Positions 46,296 through 55,922 of a stretch of DNA of 64,000 nt are shown here, one piece after another (the first letter of the stretch is position 1; every line of letters begins with the position of its first letter). The position numbers were made by a program, and so were the translations under genes. This stretch comes from Anaerolineae bacterium (GTDB lineage: Bacteria; Chloroflexota; Anaerolineae; Aggregatilineales; J027), in NCBI GenBank assembly GCA_019913005.1, contig JAIOHL010000124.1:31107-95106 (forward strand), in the 5' to 3' direction. The notes under the pieces were generated by a model that was not told the DNA's origin, did no database searches, and saw only the letters and a list, made by a program, of their open reading frames with translations.

Positions 46296-46356
46296 GTCTA
46301 ATTATTCGGATTAACCAACTTAATTTACGCTTGCTTTATTGTGGAGAATATTGTTT

Positions 46357-47934
46357 ATGGCACAACCGAGTCAGGGGCAGCGCCTCTCGTCGCCATTGAT
46401 GCAATTTCGACAGATGGGGGCTGCTGACGTGGACGCCTATGCAGGGCGCTACTTCCGTTTTGCCGCCATTTTTTCCATCCTACGCATCCTCTGGATTATT
46501 GCTCAAACTTCAACACTTTTGGGTGATCCACCAAGTCAATGGATTGTAGATATTGAGAAAATTGTAGGTGTTGCGCTTACGGTATATGCAATTACCGGGG
46601 CAGTCATTTTTGCCATCGCTTTATACTTTCGTACCCAATCCGAAAGCAATGATCCAATCAGCAAACTCATTACCAACTATGCTGGGGCGATTTTATTTAT
46701 CATCGTCGCCAGTCGGGTATCCAGTGTAGTGCGTGACGACCCTCTGCCGCTCAATATCTGGTTAGGATTGCTTCAAACAGGCATTATTCGCGGCGGCATT
46801 TACGCCCTGATTGCATTAGGCTATACGCTGGTTTACGGCATCTTGTTCATGATTAACTTCGCACATGGCGAAATCATGATGCTGGGGGCGTATGGCGGCT
46901 GGTTCGGGTTGATGGTTATGGTCAACGGCGGTGAACGTTCCTTTGAGGCCGGTGCGGCATCGGTGGCGGCGGTACTTGTCCCATTGGGGGTGGTGCTGCT
47001 GTTCCTACCATTGGAAGATATTGCAGGACGTTTTCGCAAGCGTTCATCAGCAGAAGATGTGGTTGCGGCTCCGCGTTGGCGTGTAACTGTGCTCAGTTTG
47101 CCCATTCGTATTTTGTTAGGCGCAGCAGTCGGCTATGGTGCTCTGCTGGGCTTAGGCTTGACCGCACCACATATTTACGAACTAGTGATTACGATTGTTG
47201 GGTTATTATTTGTGCTGGCTATTGGGATGCTCACGTCGGTACTGGCGGTGATTGTTCTAGAACGTATCGCGTATCGTCCACTGCGCCATGCACCCCGCTT
47301 AACCCCTCTGATTAGCGCGATTGGGGCTTCTATTTTCTTGCAACAGGTCGCCTTACGCATGTTCGGGCCAATTCCGCGTGTCTATCGTTCCCCGCGTTTA
47401 TTGAGTGACCCAGTGACGATTGACCTTGATTTAGGTTCATTTGGGATTGTGCCGATTAGTAAGGTTGGCTTGGTAATGACCCTACTCGCATTCGGTCTAA
47501 TGGCACTGTTGATTTTTATCGTCCGGCGTACCAAATTTGGTCGGGCGATGCGAGCAGTGGCGGAAGACAAAAATACCGCCGCATTGATGGGTGCTAATGT
47601 TGACCGTGTGATTGTGATTACTTTTATCCTCGGCGCGGCACTGGCTGGCGCAACCGGGGTGATGCTCGGTTTTCGCGGCGAACAAGTCAAACCCCTCTTT
47701 GGATTTAGCTACGGTCTGAAAGCCTTTACTTCGGCTGTTCTGGGGGGTATCGGGAATATTCCCGGCGCAGTGGTCGGCGGATTCTTTTTGGGCCTAGCCG
47801 AAGCACTTGGCCCGACAGCATTGGGCTTTAACACCTCTTGGCAAAACGTGATTGCGTTTAGTCTGCTCGTTTTGGTGATCATCTTCCGGCCAACCGGGTT
47901 ATTGGGTGAAATTGTGGCGGAGAAGAAGGTGTAA
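46357..47934 (+). CDS. livH: BCAA ABC permease, LivH-like and enlarged
   Basis: GGIYALIALGYTLVYGILFMINFAHGE, TKFGRAMRAVAED and AFTSAVLGGIGNIPGA motifs. Confidence 0.88.
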   Translation: MAQPSQGQRLSSPLMQFRQMGAADVDAYAGRYFRFAAIFSILRILWIIAQTSTLLGDPPSQWIVDIEKIVGVALTVYAITGAVIFAIALYFRTQSESNDPISKLITNYAGAILFIIVASRVSSVVRDDPLPLNIWLGLLQTGIIRGGIYALIALGYTLVYGILFMINFAHGEIMMLGAYGGWFGLMVMVNGGERSFEAGAASVAAVLVPLGVVLLFLPLEDIAGRFRKRSSAEDVVAAPRWRVTVLSLPIRILLGAAVGYGALLGLGLTAPHIYELVITIVGLLFVLAIGMLTSVLAVIVLERIAYRPLRHAPRLTPLISAIGASIFLQQVALRMFGPIPRVYRSPRLLSDPVTIDLDLGSFGIVPISKVGLVMTLLAFGLMALLIFIVRRTKFGRAMRAVAEDKNTAALMGANVDRVIVITFILGAALAGATGVMLGFRGEQVKPLFGFSYGLKAFTSAVLGGIGNIPGAVVGGFFLGLAEALGPTALGFNTSWQNVIAFSLLVLVIIFRPTGLLGEIVAEKKV

Positions 47935-47936
47935 CG

Positions 47937-50372
47937 ATGCTGCGAAGACTCATCCACCAGTATCCTTATGTCCAAGAGGGTTTTACGCGCGGGTTGATCA
48001 ATGGGGGGGTAATCCTTTTCTTCATCGTCATTGGCCTGCCTGCCGGGATGCCGGGACGTGAAGATTTAGCGCCGCTTGCCATTCCGCTGTTTGTGCTTAC
48101 AACGATCACGTTTGCAATTGTGACCGTGCGCCGCTTTGAAGGTCGGGCGGGATGGAAACAATTGGTGGCAAATGGGGTGGCACTGGGTATCGGGACGGCC
48201 ATCCCCTTCCTACTGTTTATGAGCCTAATTAATCGGTGGCAGGCGAATGGCACCAACGTCAACGATTATTTTTTTGAAATCAAACCCCGCACGACGACTG
48301 AATTATCAGGTGTACCGGCGGAAGAACTATTTGCTAACCCGGAGATTGACCCTGTAACGCAAGAATTTCCGGCAGATGCCCCACTCCGAACCAATCCCAT
48401 GACGCTTAAAATTAATGATGACAAAATCCACGTTTTCAATTTTGGAATTTTGAAGCTCGGCGGTTTATATGGTGCGGCGTTGAGCTTAGGCATCATTGGT
48501 TTGGCAACGACGCTGATTTATCATGCACTGTCGCTGGTACATTGGCAAGACATTCGCGCCAAGCTAAACCGAAATCTTGGCAAAAACGCGGGTGGGAAAT
48601 GGGTTCAGTCTATCATCCCCGAAATCCTCCATTGGGGGCGTTTAATCCTGCCCATTTTGTTTTTCCTGTTTTTGTTCGTCAGCGTCAGCATGAGTTATGA
48701 CACTTCATTTTGGCACGAGGTACGCAGTAAAAACATTGAAAATGGCCCGATATTGGAATTGACCGATCTAGGATTTGGCCCACGTGCAGCCCAAAATTTC
48801 CAACTCATCGCAGGCTTCTTGGTCATTATCGCCCTAATGTTAGCCATGCGGAATACCCGCTATAAAGCCTACCGCCTGCCCTATCTGATACAACTGCTCA
48901 TCATCCTCGTTCCAATCTGGCTAGTGTTTTTGCTGGCGATGTGGCGTATCCAAGCCAACGAGGTTTATTTTATTGAACCCACCATCCATCTCGGCATTTT
49001 TGAAAGCGAAGAAAGTGCCAGTTTGGGAGCAGCATTTTTCCTAGCGGCGATGCTGACCTTTAATGCCTTACGCGGGACTCTCACCGCCGAGCAGTTTGAA
49101 TCCACTTTCGTTATCAACACGGGCCTTGCAATGGTCATGGCAACCCCGCTGTTTATGGATCAATATCAAACTGGCGTGATGCTGCAAGTCGCCATTTACG
49201 CCATGTTGGGCTTGGGTCTCAATATTGTGGTCGGATATGCGGGTCTGCTTGACCTCGGCTATGTGGCGTTTTTTGCAATGGGTGCCTATGTCTATGCGTT
49301 GGTCGAATCCAATCGTCAGCGCCTGACGGTTGACCACGCCAACGACCTCGCGTTTACACTAGTGACGGCAATTATTGTTGTGCCGCTGGTGATTTTCTTG
49401 CTGGCGAATGTCTGGTTGCGCTCCAAACAGAATGCGCGGGTCAAAGAGTCCGCTGTCCAGACCCACCGGATGGCCCGCCTTTGGCAAGACCAGCCCCCGC
49501 CGCTGATCTCGTTGGTGTTGGTGGTGATCGCAGTCATGGTAGCGTTTGGGTCAACCTATGTCCTAAGAAAAGCTGGGGTTTTTGATGACATTGAACGGGC
49601 CTCGCCGTTTTTCATCGGATTGATTCTAGCGGTTTTTGCCTCGGCGATGACGGGGGTCTTGCTGGGTTTCCCAGTGCTGCGACTGCGAAGTGACTATCTC
49701 GCTATCGTGACCCTCGGCTTTGGAGAGATTATCAGTATCAGCCTTGAAAATCTGGAAAATATCACAGGTGGGCCATTCGGGGCAAGTAATATTCATAAGC
49801 CGGTAGCGGGTAATCCGACCACCGCCGAACAAAATATGATTCTCCTCTACTTGGCGCTGGTAGGGGCAGGGCTAATCGCCGTCTTTTCGACCCGCCTACG
49901 TGCTTCCCGGTTAGGACGTACATGGACAGCCATCCGCAGTGATGAAGACATCGCCCAAGCGCAGGGAATCAATTTGGTCAATTCCAAGCTGTTGGCCTTT
50001 GCGATTGGTGCGAGTTTTGCGGGCGTTTCGGGGTTATTGTTCGCCGCTCGCCAAAATAACATCTTCCCGGCTGACTTTTCGTTGGGGATTTCGATTAACG
50101 TGCTGTCGTTAGTAATTATCGGCGGGGTTGGCAGCATCCCCGGTGTGATTGTTGGGACGATTGTGCTGGTTGGCTTGCCACAAATGCTCCGCGCCCTAGA
50201 GGAATATCGTTATCTGACATTCGGGGCGCTATTGGTAGTCATGATGCTGGTACGTCCGGCGGGGTTGATGCCTGCGCCACTAGCCTCATTGGAAGAACGC
50301 GCACGCAAACTGCGAGCTACTATTAAACCCAAGCGCGAAGAAATCCAACGTGAGGAGGTGGCAGGTGACTAA
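47937..50372 (+). CDS. livM: BCAA ABC permease, LivM-like and greatly enlarged
   Basis: GLNIVVGYAGLLDLGY, LRLRSDYLAIVTLGFGEI, SRLGRTWTAIRSDE and LVIIGGVGS motifs. Confidence 0.88.
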   Translation: MLRRLIHQYPYVQEGFTRGLINGGVILFFIVIGLPAGMPGREDLAPLAIPLFVLTTITFAIVTVRRFEGRAGWKQLVANGVALGIGTAIPFLLFMSLINRWQANGTNVNDYFFEIKPRTTTELSGVPAEELFANPEIDPVTQEFPADAPLRTNPMTLKINDDKIHVFNFGILKLGGLYGAALSLGIIGLATTLIYHALSLVHWQDIRAKLNRNLGKNAGGKWVQSIIPEILHWGRLILPILFFLFLFVSVSMSYDTSFWHEVRSKNIENGPILELTDLGFGPRAAQNFQLIAGFLVIIALMLAMRNTRYKAYRLPYLIQLLIILVPIWLVFLLAMWRIQANEVYFIEPTIHLGIFESEESASLGAAFFLAAMLTFNALRGTLTAEQFESTFVINTGLAMVMATPLFMDQYQTGVMLQVAIYAMLGLGLNIVVGYAGLLDLGYVAFFAMGAYVYALVESNRQRLTVDHANDLAFTLVTAIIVVPLVIFLLANVWLRSKQNARVKESAVQTHRMARLWQDQPPPLISLVLVVIAVMVAFGSTYVLRKAGVFDDIERASPFFIGLILAVFASAMTGVLLGFPVLRLRSDYLAIVTLGFGEIISISLENLENITGGPFGASNIHKPVAGNPTTAEQNMILLYLALVGAGLIAVFSTRLRASRLGRTWTAIRSDEDIAQAQGINLVNSKLLAFAIGASFAGVSGLLFAARQNNIFPADFSLGISINVLSLVIIGGVGSIPGVIVGTIVLVGLPQMLRALEEYRYLTFGALLVVMMLVRPAGLMPAPLASLEERARKLRATIKPKREEIQREEVAGD

Positions 50373-51168
50373 AAAATCCTACAGCGACAGCTTGGTATTA
50401 GATGTACATGATGTCACTAAACGATTCGGCGGATTGACGGCAGTTAATAATGTCAGCCTACAAATTAAAAAGGGCATGATTGCCAGCTTGATAGGGCCAA
50501 ATGGAGCAGGTAAAACCACCTTCTTTAATATTGTGACGGGTTTTTATACGCCAGACGCCGGGGCGATTTATTTCATGGGGCACAATATCGCAGGCCTGCG
50601 CACTGATGAAATTACCGCGCTTGGGATTGCCCGTACCTATCAAAATATCCATCTCTTTCACGGCATGACGGCCCTCGAAAATATTCTGGCGGGAATGCAC
50701 ACCCGGCTTGGTGCTGGCCCGGTTGGTGGTGCCTTGCGGCATGGCAAAAATCGCTATGAGGAAGATATGGCGCTGGTCAAGGCGTTTGATTTACTCGAAT
50801 TCATTGACCTCGGCGGCATGGGGGACTTTGCCGCGACCAATCTCTCGTATGGCGCTCAACGACGGCTAGAAATTGCACGGGCGCTTGCCAGTGATCCCAT
50901 ATTACTCCTGCTGGATGAGCCTGCCGCTGGTATGAACCCCCAAGAGACCGAAGACATGATGCGCTTCATTCGCCGTTTGCGCGATGAACGCGGGCTGACT
51001 ATTTTCCTAATCGAACACGATATGAGTTTGGTCATGGATATTTCGGATCAGGTATCGGTTTTGGATTATGGGCGCAAGATTTCGGAAGGCACACCCGCCG
51101 AGGTACAGCGTGACCCGTTGGTGATTGAAGCCTATTTGGGCAAGCCGCCAGAAGAATTAGAAAACTAA
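50365..51168 (+). CDS. livG: BCAA ABC ATP-binding protein
   Basis: GPNGAGKTT, LSYGAQRRLEIARAL, LLLDEPAAG and VIEAYLG motifs. Confidence 0.93.
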   Translation: MTKKSYSDSLVLDVHDVTKRFGGLTAVNNVSLQIKKGMIASLIGPNGAGKTTFFNIVTGFYTPDAGAIYFMGHNIAGLRTDEITALGIARTYQNIHLFHGMTALENILAGMHTRLGAGPVGGALRHGKNRYEEDMALVKAFDLLEFIDLGGMGDFAATNLSYGAQRRLEIARALASDPILLLLDEPAAGMNPQETEDMMRFIRRLRDERGLTIFLIEHDMSLVMDISDQVSVLDYGRKISEGTPAEVQRDPLVIEAYLGKPPEELEN

Positions 51169-51203
51169 ACGGCCCGGAAAAGAATAAAGAGAATTGATGA
51201 AAT

Positions 51204-51917
51204 ATGGCACTTTTAGAAGTCAAAGACCTGCACACCTATTATGGCAAAATCCATGCGCTCAAAGGTATTTCGCTGACGGTTGACGAAGGCGAAATCGTGA
51301 CATTGATTGGTGGGAACGGTGCAGGCAAAACCACCACCCTGAACACCATTTGCGGGATTGTGCCCGCTGCTTCTGGCAAAGTGATTTTGGATGACGAGGA
51401 CATTAGCCGTATGCGCCCACATGAAATCGTGGCGCGGGGTGTGGGTCAATCCCCTGAGGGTCGCAAAATTTTTAAGCGGCTGTCGGTGCGTGAAAATTTG
51501 GACATGGGTGCGTTTACACGCGGCGACCACGATGGTATTGCTCAAGATTTGGAATTTGTCTTTGCTACCTTCCCACGTCTTAAGGAACGCGAACGCCAAT
51601 TAGGTGGGACGCTTTCGGGTGGGGAGCAGCAAATGTTGGCGATGGGCCGCGCCATGATGGGCCGTCCGCGCATTTTGCTGCTAGACGAACCTTCCATGGG
51701 TCTCGCCCCCTTGTTGGTGCGCGACATTTTCCGCATCATCACCTATCTGAATGAGCAAGGCACGACCATTTTGCTAGTCGAACAGAACGCATTGATGGCA
51801 CTCGATGTCGCCAATCGTGGCTATGTGATGCAGACGGGCATAATTACCCTTGCCGATGATGCCAAATCACTGCAACAAAATGAAACGGTACGTAAGGCAT
51901 ACTTAGGCGAAGTCTAG
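51204..51917 (+). CDS. livF: BCAA ABC ATP-binding protein
   Basis: GGNGAGKTT, LSGGEQQMLAMGRA, LDEPSMGLAP and VEQNA motifs. Confidence 0.94.
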   Translation: MALLEVKDLHTYYGKIHALKGISLTVDEGEIVTLIGGNGAGKTTTLNTICGIVPAASGKVILDDEDISRMRPHEIVARGVGQSPEGRKIFKRLSVRENLDMGAFTRGDHDGIAQDLEFVFATFPRLKERERQLGGTLSGGEQQMLAMGRAMMGRPRILLLDEPSMGLAPLLVRDIFRIITYLNEQGTTILLVEQNALMALDVANRGYVMQTGIITLADDAKSLQQNETVRKAYLGEV

Positions 51918-51926
51918 TTTATCTTT

Positions 51927-51969
51927 CAACGGGATTTTGCCCACCTCATCTTTGGGTAAAATCCCGTTG
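51927..51969. terminator. 17-bp hairpin between convergent livF and the DUF5682 gene
   Basis: CAACGGGATTTTGCCCA / TGGGTAAAATCCCGTTG (one G.U pair), 9-nt loop. Confidence 0.75.
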
Positions 51970-52005
51970 TGCTTCTCATCCACCTCAAACAGCCAAAATC
52001 TTCAC

Positions 52006-54789
52006 CTATGCCCGGATAATCTTTCCGTCAATGAAAGTCGCAAGTGCATTCGTAGATTCAGGATAGGCCCGTAAAAGCGAGTTGACCGTTGTATCGGTTA
52101 GGCTTGTGGCAAGGTCAAGGCCCAACCATGCGGCAATGGCATGGGTCGCGGCGGGAGCAACCAACAGATGATCGCGCACCTCGGCAAGTTGGGGAGAGAT
52201 GGTAGTCTGAAGGCTTGGAACAGGAGTGCGTGTTTCTGCCCAAGGGGACTGCCAATTCATAAAACCTTGCAGTGAGGTCGGAAAAACAACCGATGCTTCT
52301 TTGATAAGCGGCTGCAAAATCGTGTGATGCTGGCGGAGTTGAAGAATGAGACTCGGCAACCACATGAGGAGCGTATTGTCGGTGACGGAGCCGAAAATAT
52401 GACTTAACAACTCGACCACAAACTGCGCAATCCCCGGCGCAAAATTCAAGGCCAGCACAAACCCATTGAGATATTGGGGCAGGGTTGGTAAACGCAGGGC
52501 GTCGCTGAGGATTTGGGTGAGGAATTCACGCATACTCGCAATATCCCGCAGACCCAACAGCCATTCACTTGTCCATAATAAGCCTAACTTGTCGGGCGGG
52601 ATTTCATTTTGGGCCGCACCCTGTAGACCAAGCAGCAGTTGATTACGCTGACAGCCGAGCGCTAAAGCCAAGCTTTCTAGGGTAAAAATAAATCCCAACA
52701 TCCCGGCGATTTGCTCAGGGCGTGTCCCCATATCGGCAAACGCTTGGGGGAGCATTGCAGCGTAATGGGCATAACCAGTGGTGATGAGTGCTTCTAACCA
52801 ATCGGGGAGACCGCCCGGTTGGGTACGATAATAATGCACCAGACGACGGGCACGTTGAAAAATATCGGGGGCATCGGTGGCACTGGTTTCCTGTTTTAGT
52901 AATGTAATGGCGTGCAGGCCCAATTCACGCACAAGACGCGGACTTATCCTGTAGATCAGGGCATCTTCAGCCGTTTTCAGCGCAATGGCCGCCGTCGCAT
53001 TTTCAGCGAAAGCCAATGCTTTCATGCGCTGTTCGAGTACCTGTTCGAGCGTGACACCCTCATAGCCCAATTGGATAATTTCGCGCTGGTGCTTGCCAAT
53101 CAAAACATCCCATGATTCCTGAATGGGAATATGACCCAGCTTACGTTCCCCGACAATGGGTCTGACTACAAGGTTGCCAAATAGGTAGTGCAGTTTCCAT
53201 AGAATTTCGGAGCAGGCTCGGCGGTCAGGGCGGGTTTTGAAATCCATCAATGCCCGCTGATTGGTCTTGGCAAAAAGGTCAACCTCTAAGGGAGCAAGGC
53301 GATCATAAATATCTTGGGCCAACGGTGGCAGGGAGGCATAACCAACTGTACCCACACGATCCCCACCAAGTAGAATTTGACAAAGATGGGCAATGGTTCG
53401 TTTTTTAGGAGTGCGGTCTTTTTCTAAACAGGTGATGGCTGCATCTTGAAAATCGTAGGGGGTTGGATGTTGGCGATTACGCATTTGGGCCAACAAAATT
53501 GCGGTTTCGTAAATGGCAATCGAATCGGCGGTGCTGGCGAGATAGCCGTTTTTGCGGGCAAGGGCCACAATCTGCACACACCATTGCAGTAATTGTTCTT
53601 TATCCGCAGCAGCATAGGCCGGGGGCTGTGTTAAAAATTCAGCCAACACGTGGGGGTTGCGGGTCATTTCGCGCAAGGTTGGCTTACGGGTGACAGCATC
53701 AGGCTTTTTCAAATCGAATGGCTTGATTTTTTCGGTTTTGAGGCTTTTATCCCACGTGCCTTCGGCTAATGAAACCGTCCCCGCCGGATGGCTAAATTGG
53801 CGTTCGATGGCGGCAAAACTGGAAGGAATCAGGCCATATAACCAGCGCGTATCGGTGTGGGGTGGCAACTCCCAGATCAGGGTACTGGATGTCCCAAATT
53901 CTTCGACTTCACTGCCGACATGGGCTGCCCCACAGATGTACATGGCTTCGTGTGGCTGAATAGCGTGTTGGTGCATGTGTTGTTTGATGCGGGTCCACAT
54001 GTAACGTTCGCGCAAGAGGTCAACCCGCACATCTTCGGTGTGTCGCCCCAAATGACGCAGGAGGCTACCGACCAATACCATTACTTGTTTATAGGTGGCA
54101 TAGTCCGCGTTGATGATGGCACGTTCCACATATTGATCCCACCATTCAGCAAAATAGCGCGTGTTGGAGTTTCGCAGCAAAAAATGTAGAAACTCATCAA
54201 AGGTAGGCATCAATTCACCTACTGTCACCCCCACCGCTGTGCCATGCAATCCGGCATTTTCCCGCTCGACGGCTTCATCCTCCGCCTCTAATTGCTCAAG
54301 ATCGCGTTTCCAGTCGTCATCCCACTGAAAAATATAGTCTACAGCCCGATCTACAAACACCAATTCGGTTTCGGGATGAGTCAGGCAATAGGCAATGGCT
54401 TGATATTCAGCCGAGGCCTCGGTCAAAGGAGCAACAACCATGACTGGGAGAGCGTCGGGAGGGAGCGTGCTGCTTTCGGCGGCGAATGCATGTAACGCCA
54501 CCGGCAGTTTGCAATCGCGCAGATTTTCAATGAGGGGCAACATATCCTCACAGAGTTCCATATAAATCACTTTGGGAGGTTGTGTCTGCAAACGGCGTAC
54601 CATATGTAAAGCTGAAGCGGGTGAGTGATGGCACACCGGAAAAATATCCAACGGCTCACGCATGGCCCGTTCGACATCCTGCACAAAACGGGTCAATAAA
54701 TCAGATAAGCCGCTCGCATCTTCGGCAAAGGCTTGGGCAGCCGATAAAAGCTGCTCATTGAGTAGTGATAGGGTCTCGGTATGCGTCAT
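52006..54789 (-). CDS. DUF5682 (YehM-like) protein
   Basis: PVCHHSPASA, IYMELCED, PLTEASAEYQA, FVDR, WWDQYVE, RERYM and CGAAH motifs; follows a MoxR ATPase. Confidence 0.78.
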   Translation of the reverse strand: MTHTETLSLLNEQLLSAAQAFAEDASGLSDLLTRFVQDVERAMREPLDIFPVCHHSPASALHMVRRLQTQPPKVIYMELCEDMLPLIENLRDCKLPVALHAFAAESSTLPPDALPVMVVAPLTEASAEYQAIAYCLTHPETELVFVDRAVDYIFQWDDDWKRDLEQLEAEDEAVERENAGLHGTAVGVTVGELMPTFDEFLHFLLRNSNTRYFAEWWDQYVERAIINADYATYKQVMVLVGSLLRHLGRHTEDVRVDLLRERYMWTRIKQHMHQHAIQPHEAMYICGAAHVGSEVEEFGTSSTLIWELPPHTDTRWLYGLIPSSFAAIERQFSHPAGTVSLAEGTWDKSLKTEKIKPFDLKKPDAVTRKPTLREMTRNPHVLAEFLTQPPAYAAADKEQLLQWCVQIVALARKNGYLASTADSIAIYETAILLAQMRNRQHPTPYDFQDAAITCLEKDRTPKKRTIAHLCQILLGGDRVGTVGYASLPPLAQDIYDRLAPLEVDLFAKTNQRALMDFKTRPDRRACSEILWKLHYLFGNLVVRPIVGERKLGHIPIQESWDVLIGKHQREIIQLGYEGVTLEQVLEQRMKALAFAENATAAIALKTAEDALIYRISPRLVRELGLHAITLLKQETSATDAPDIFQRARRLVHYYRTQPGGLPDWLEALITTGYAHYAAMLPQAFADMGTRPEQIAGMLGFIFTLESLALALGCQRNQLLLGLQGAAQNEIPPDKLGLLWTSEWLLGLRDIASMREFLTQILSDALRLPTLPQYLNGFVLALNFAPGIAQFVVELLSHIFGSVTDNTLLMWLPSLILQLRQHHTILQPLIKEASVVFPTSLQGFMNWQSPWAETRTPVPSLQTTISPQLAEVRDHLLVAPAATHAIAAWLGLDLATSLTDTTVNSLLRAYPESTNALATFIDGKIIRA

Positions 54790-54792
54790 ACG

Positions 54793-55911
54793 TCACTTTT
54801 GAATGGTTTGCATAGCTTCTTGACCGCCAACGAGAAAATCCTGCCAATCGCCGCGCTGTTCTTCGCTGCGTTTAGCAATCACGCTGTTCCAAAACTTGCT
54901 CATGACCACAATATCTTCGGGCAGGCGGCGTACTAATGTTCCGACCAATGATCGTGCTACCAATCGGGCGGTTAGCTGACTTTCGCCGAAATAATTGGAA
55001 TAGAGGACGGCGTCTTCCAAAACACCAATCTGCTCGGCAGTAGACAACGAGGATTCGAGCCGGGTATCTTCAGAAGTGGCGGCATTGCTGACCTCACGTA
55101 AATCAGCAAAGGTTTGCAACAAGACATCTAGCAGGGTCGGCGGGACATTGACACTAAAACTTTGGCGTTGGAGAAGTTCCTGAGTCCGGAACAGGATTAT
55201 CTCGCGTTCTTGCTTCTTATTGGTCACGATGGGGATATGGACAAAATTAAAGCGGCGCTTGAGGGCCGAGGACAAATCATTCACCCCGCGGTCCCGACTG
55301 TTGGCGGTGGCAATGAGGTTAAAACCGGAACGGGCAAAAACGGTGTTATCGTCTTTTAGTTCAGGGATGGCGACATATTTTTCACTCATGATTGAAATAA
55401 GGGCGTCTTGGACATCGCTGGTGCAGCGGGTCAATTCTTCAAAACGCCCCATCGCGCCCTGCTGCATGGCCGTCATAATGGGTGATGGGATAAGCGAGTT
55501 AAGGGATTGTCCAGCGGCGATCACAAGGGCCACATTCCATGAATATTTGATTTGATCTTCCGTCGTTCCGGCTGTGCCTTGCACCACGTAGGTGGAATTG
55601 CCACAAATCGCGGCGGCAAGGAGTTCGGCCAACCAACTTTTGCCTGTGCCGGGGTCGCCGATGAGCAGCAACCCACGATCAGAAGCAAGGGTGACGATGG
55701 CCCGTTCAACAATAGCCGGGTCACCAAACCACTTTTGGGCAATGGGATATTCAAGTTTATCGGCGGGCGTGCTGCCGAGGACAAAAATCCGTACCATGCG
55801 TGGGGTCAGTCGCCAATTGGCAGGCCGCTGTCCACGATCAGCCGAGGCTAAGAAATCCAGTTCGTCGGCATATTTGGCTTCGGCAGGTAAACGCAAAATA
55901 GTGTCACTCAT
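54793..55911 (-). CDS. MoxR/YehL-like AAA+ ATPase
   Basis: Walker A GDPGTGKS, Walker B RFEE, sensor-1 TAN and arginine finger ALKRRF. Confidence 0.9.
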   Translation of the reverse strand: MSDTILRLPAEAKYADELDFLASADRGQRPANWRLTPRMVRIFVLGSTPADKLEYPIAQKWFGDPAIVERAIVTLASDRGLLLIGDPGTGKSWLAELLAAAICGNSTYVVQGTAGTTEDQIKYSWNVALVIAAGQSLNSLIPSPIMTAMQQGAMGRFEELTRCTSDVQDALISIMSEKYVAIPELKDDNTVFARSGFNLIATANSRDRGVNDLSSALKRRFNFVHIPIVTNKKQEREIILFRTQELLQRQSFSVNVPPTLLDVLLQTFADLREVSNAATSEDTRLESSLSTAEQIGVLEDAVLYSNYFGESQLTARLVARSLVGTLVRRLPEDIVVMSKFWNSVIAKRSEEQRGDWQDFLVGGQEAMQTIQK

Positions 55912-55922
55912 GAAATTCTCCT

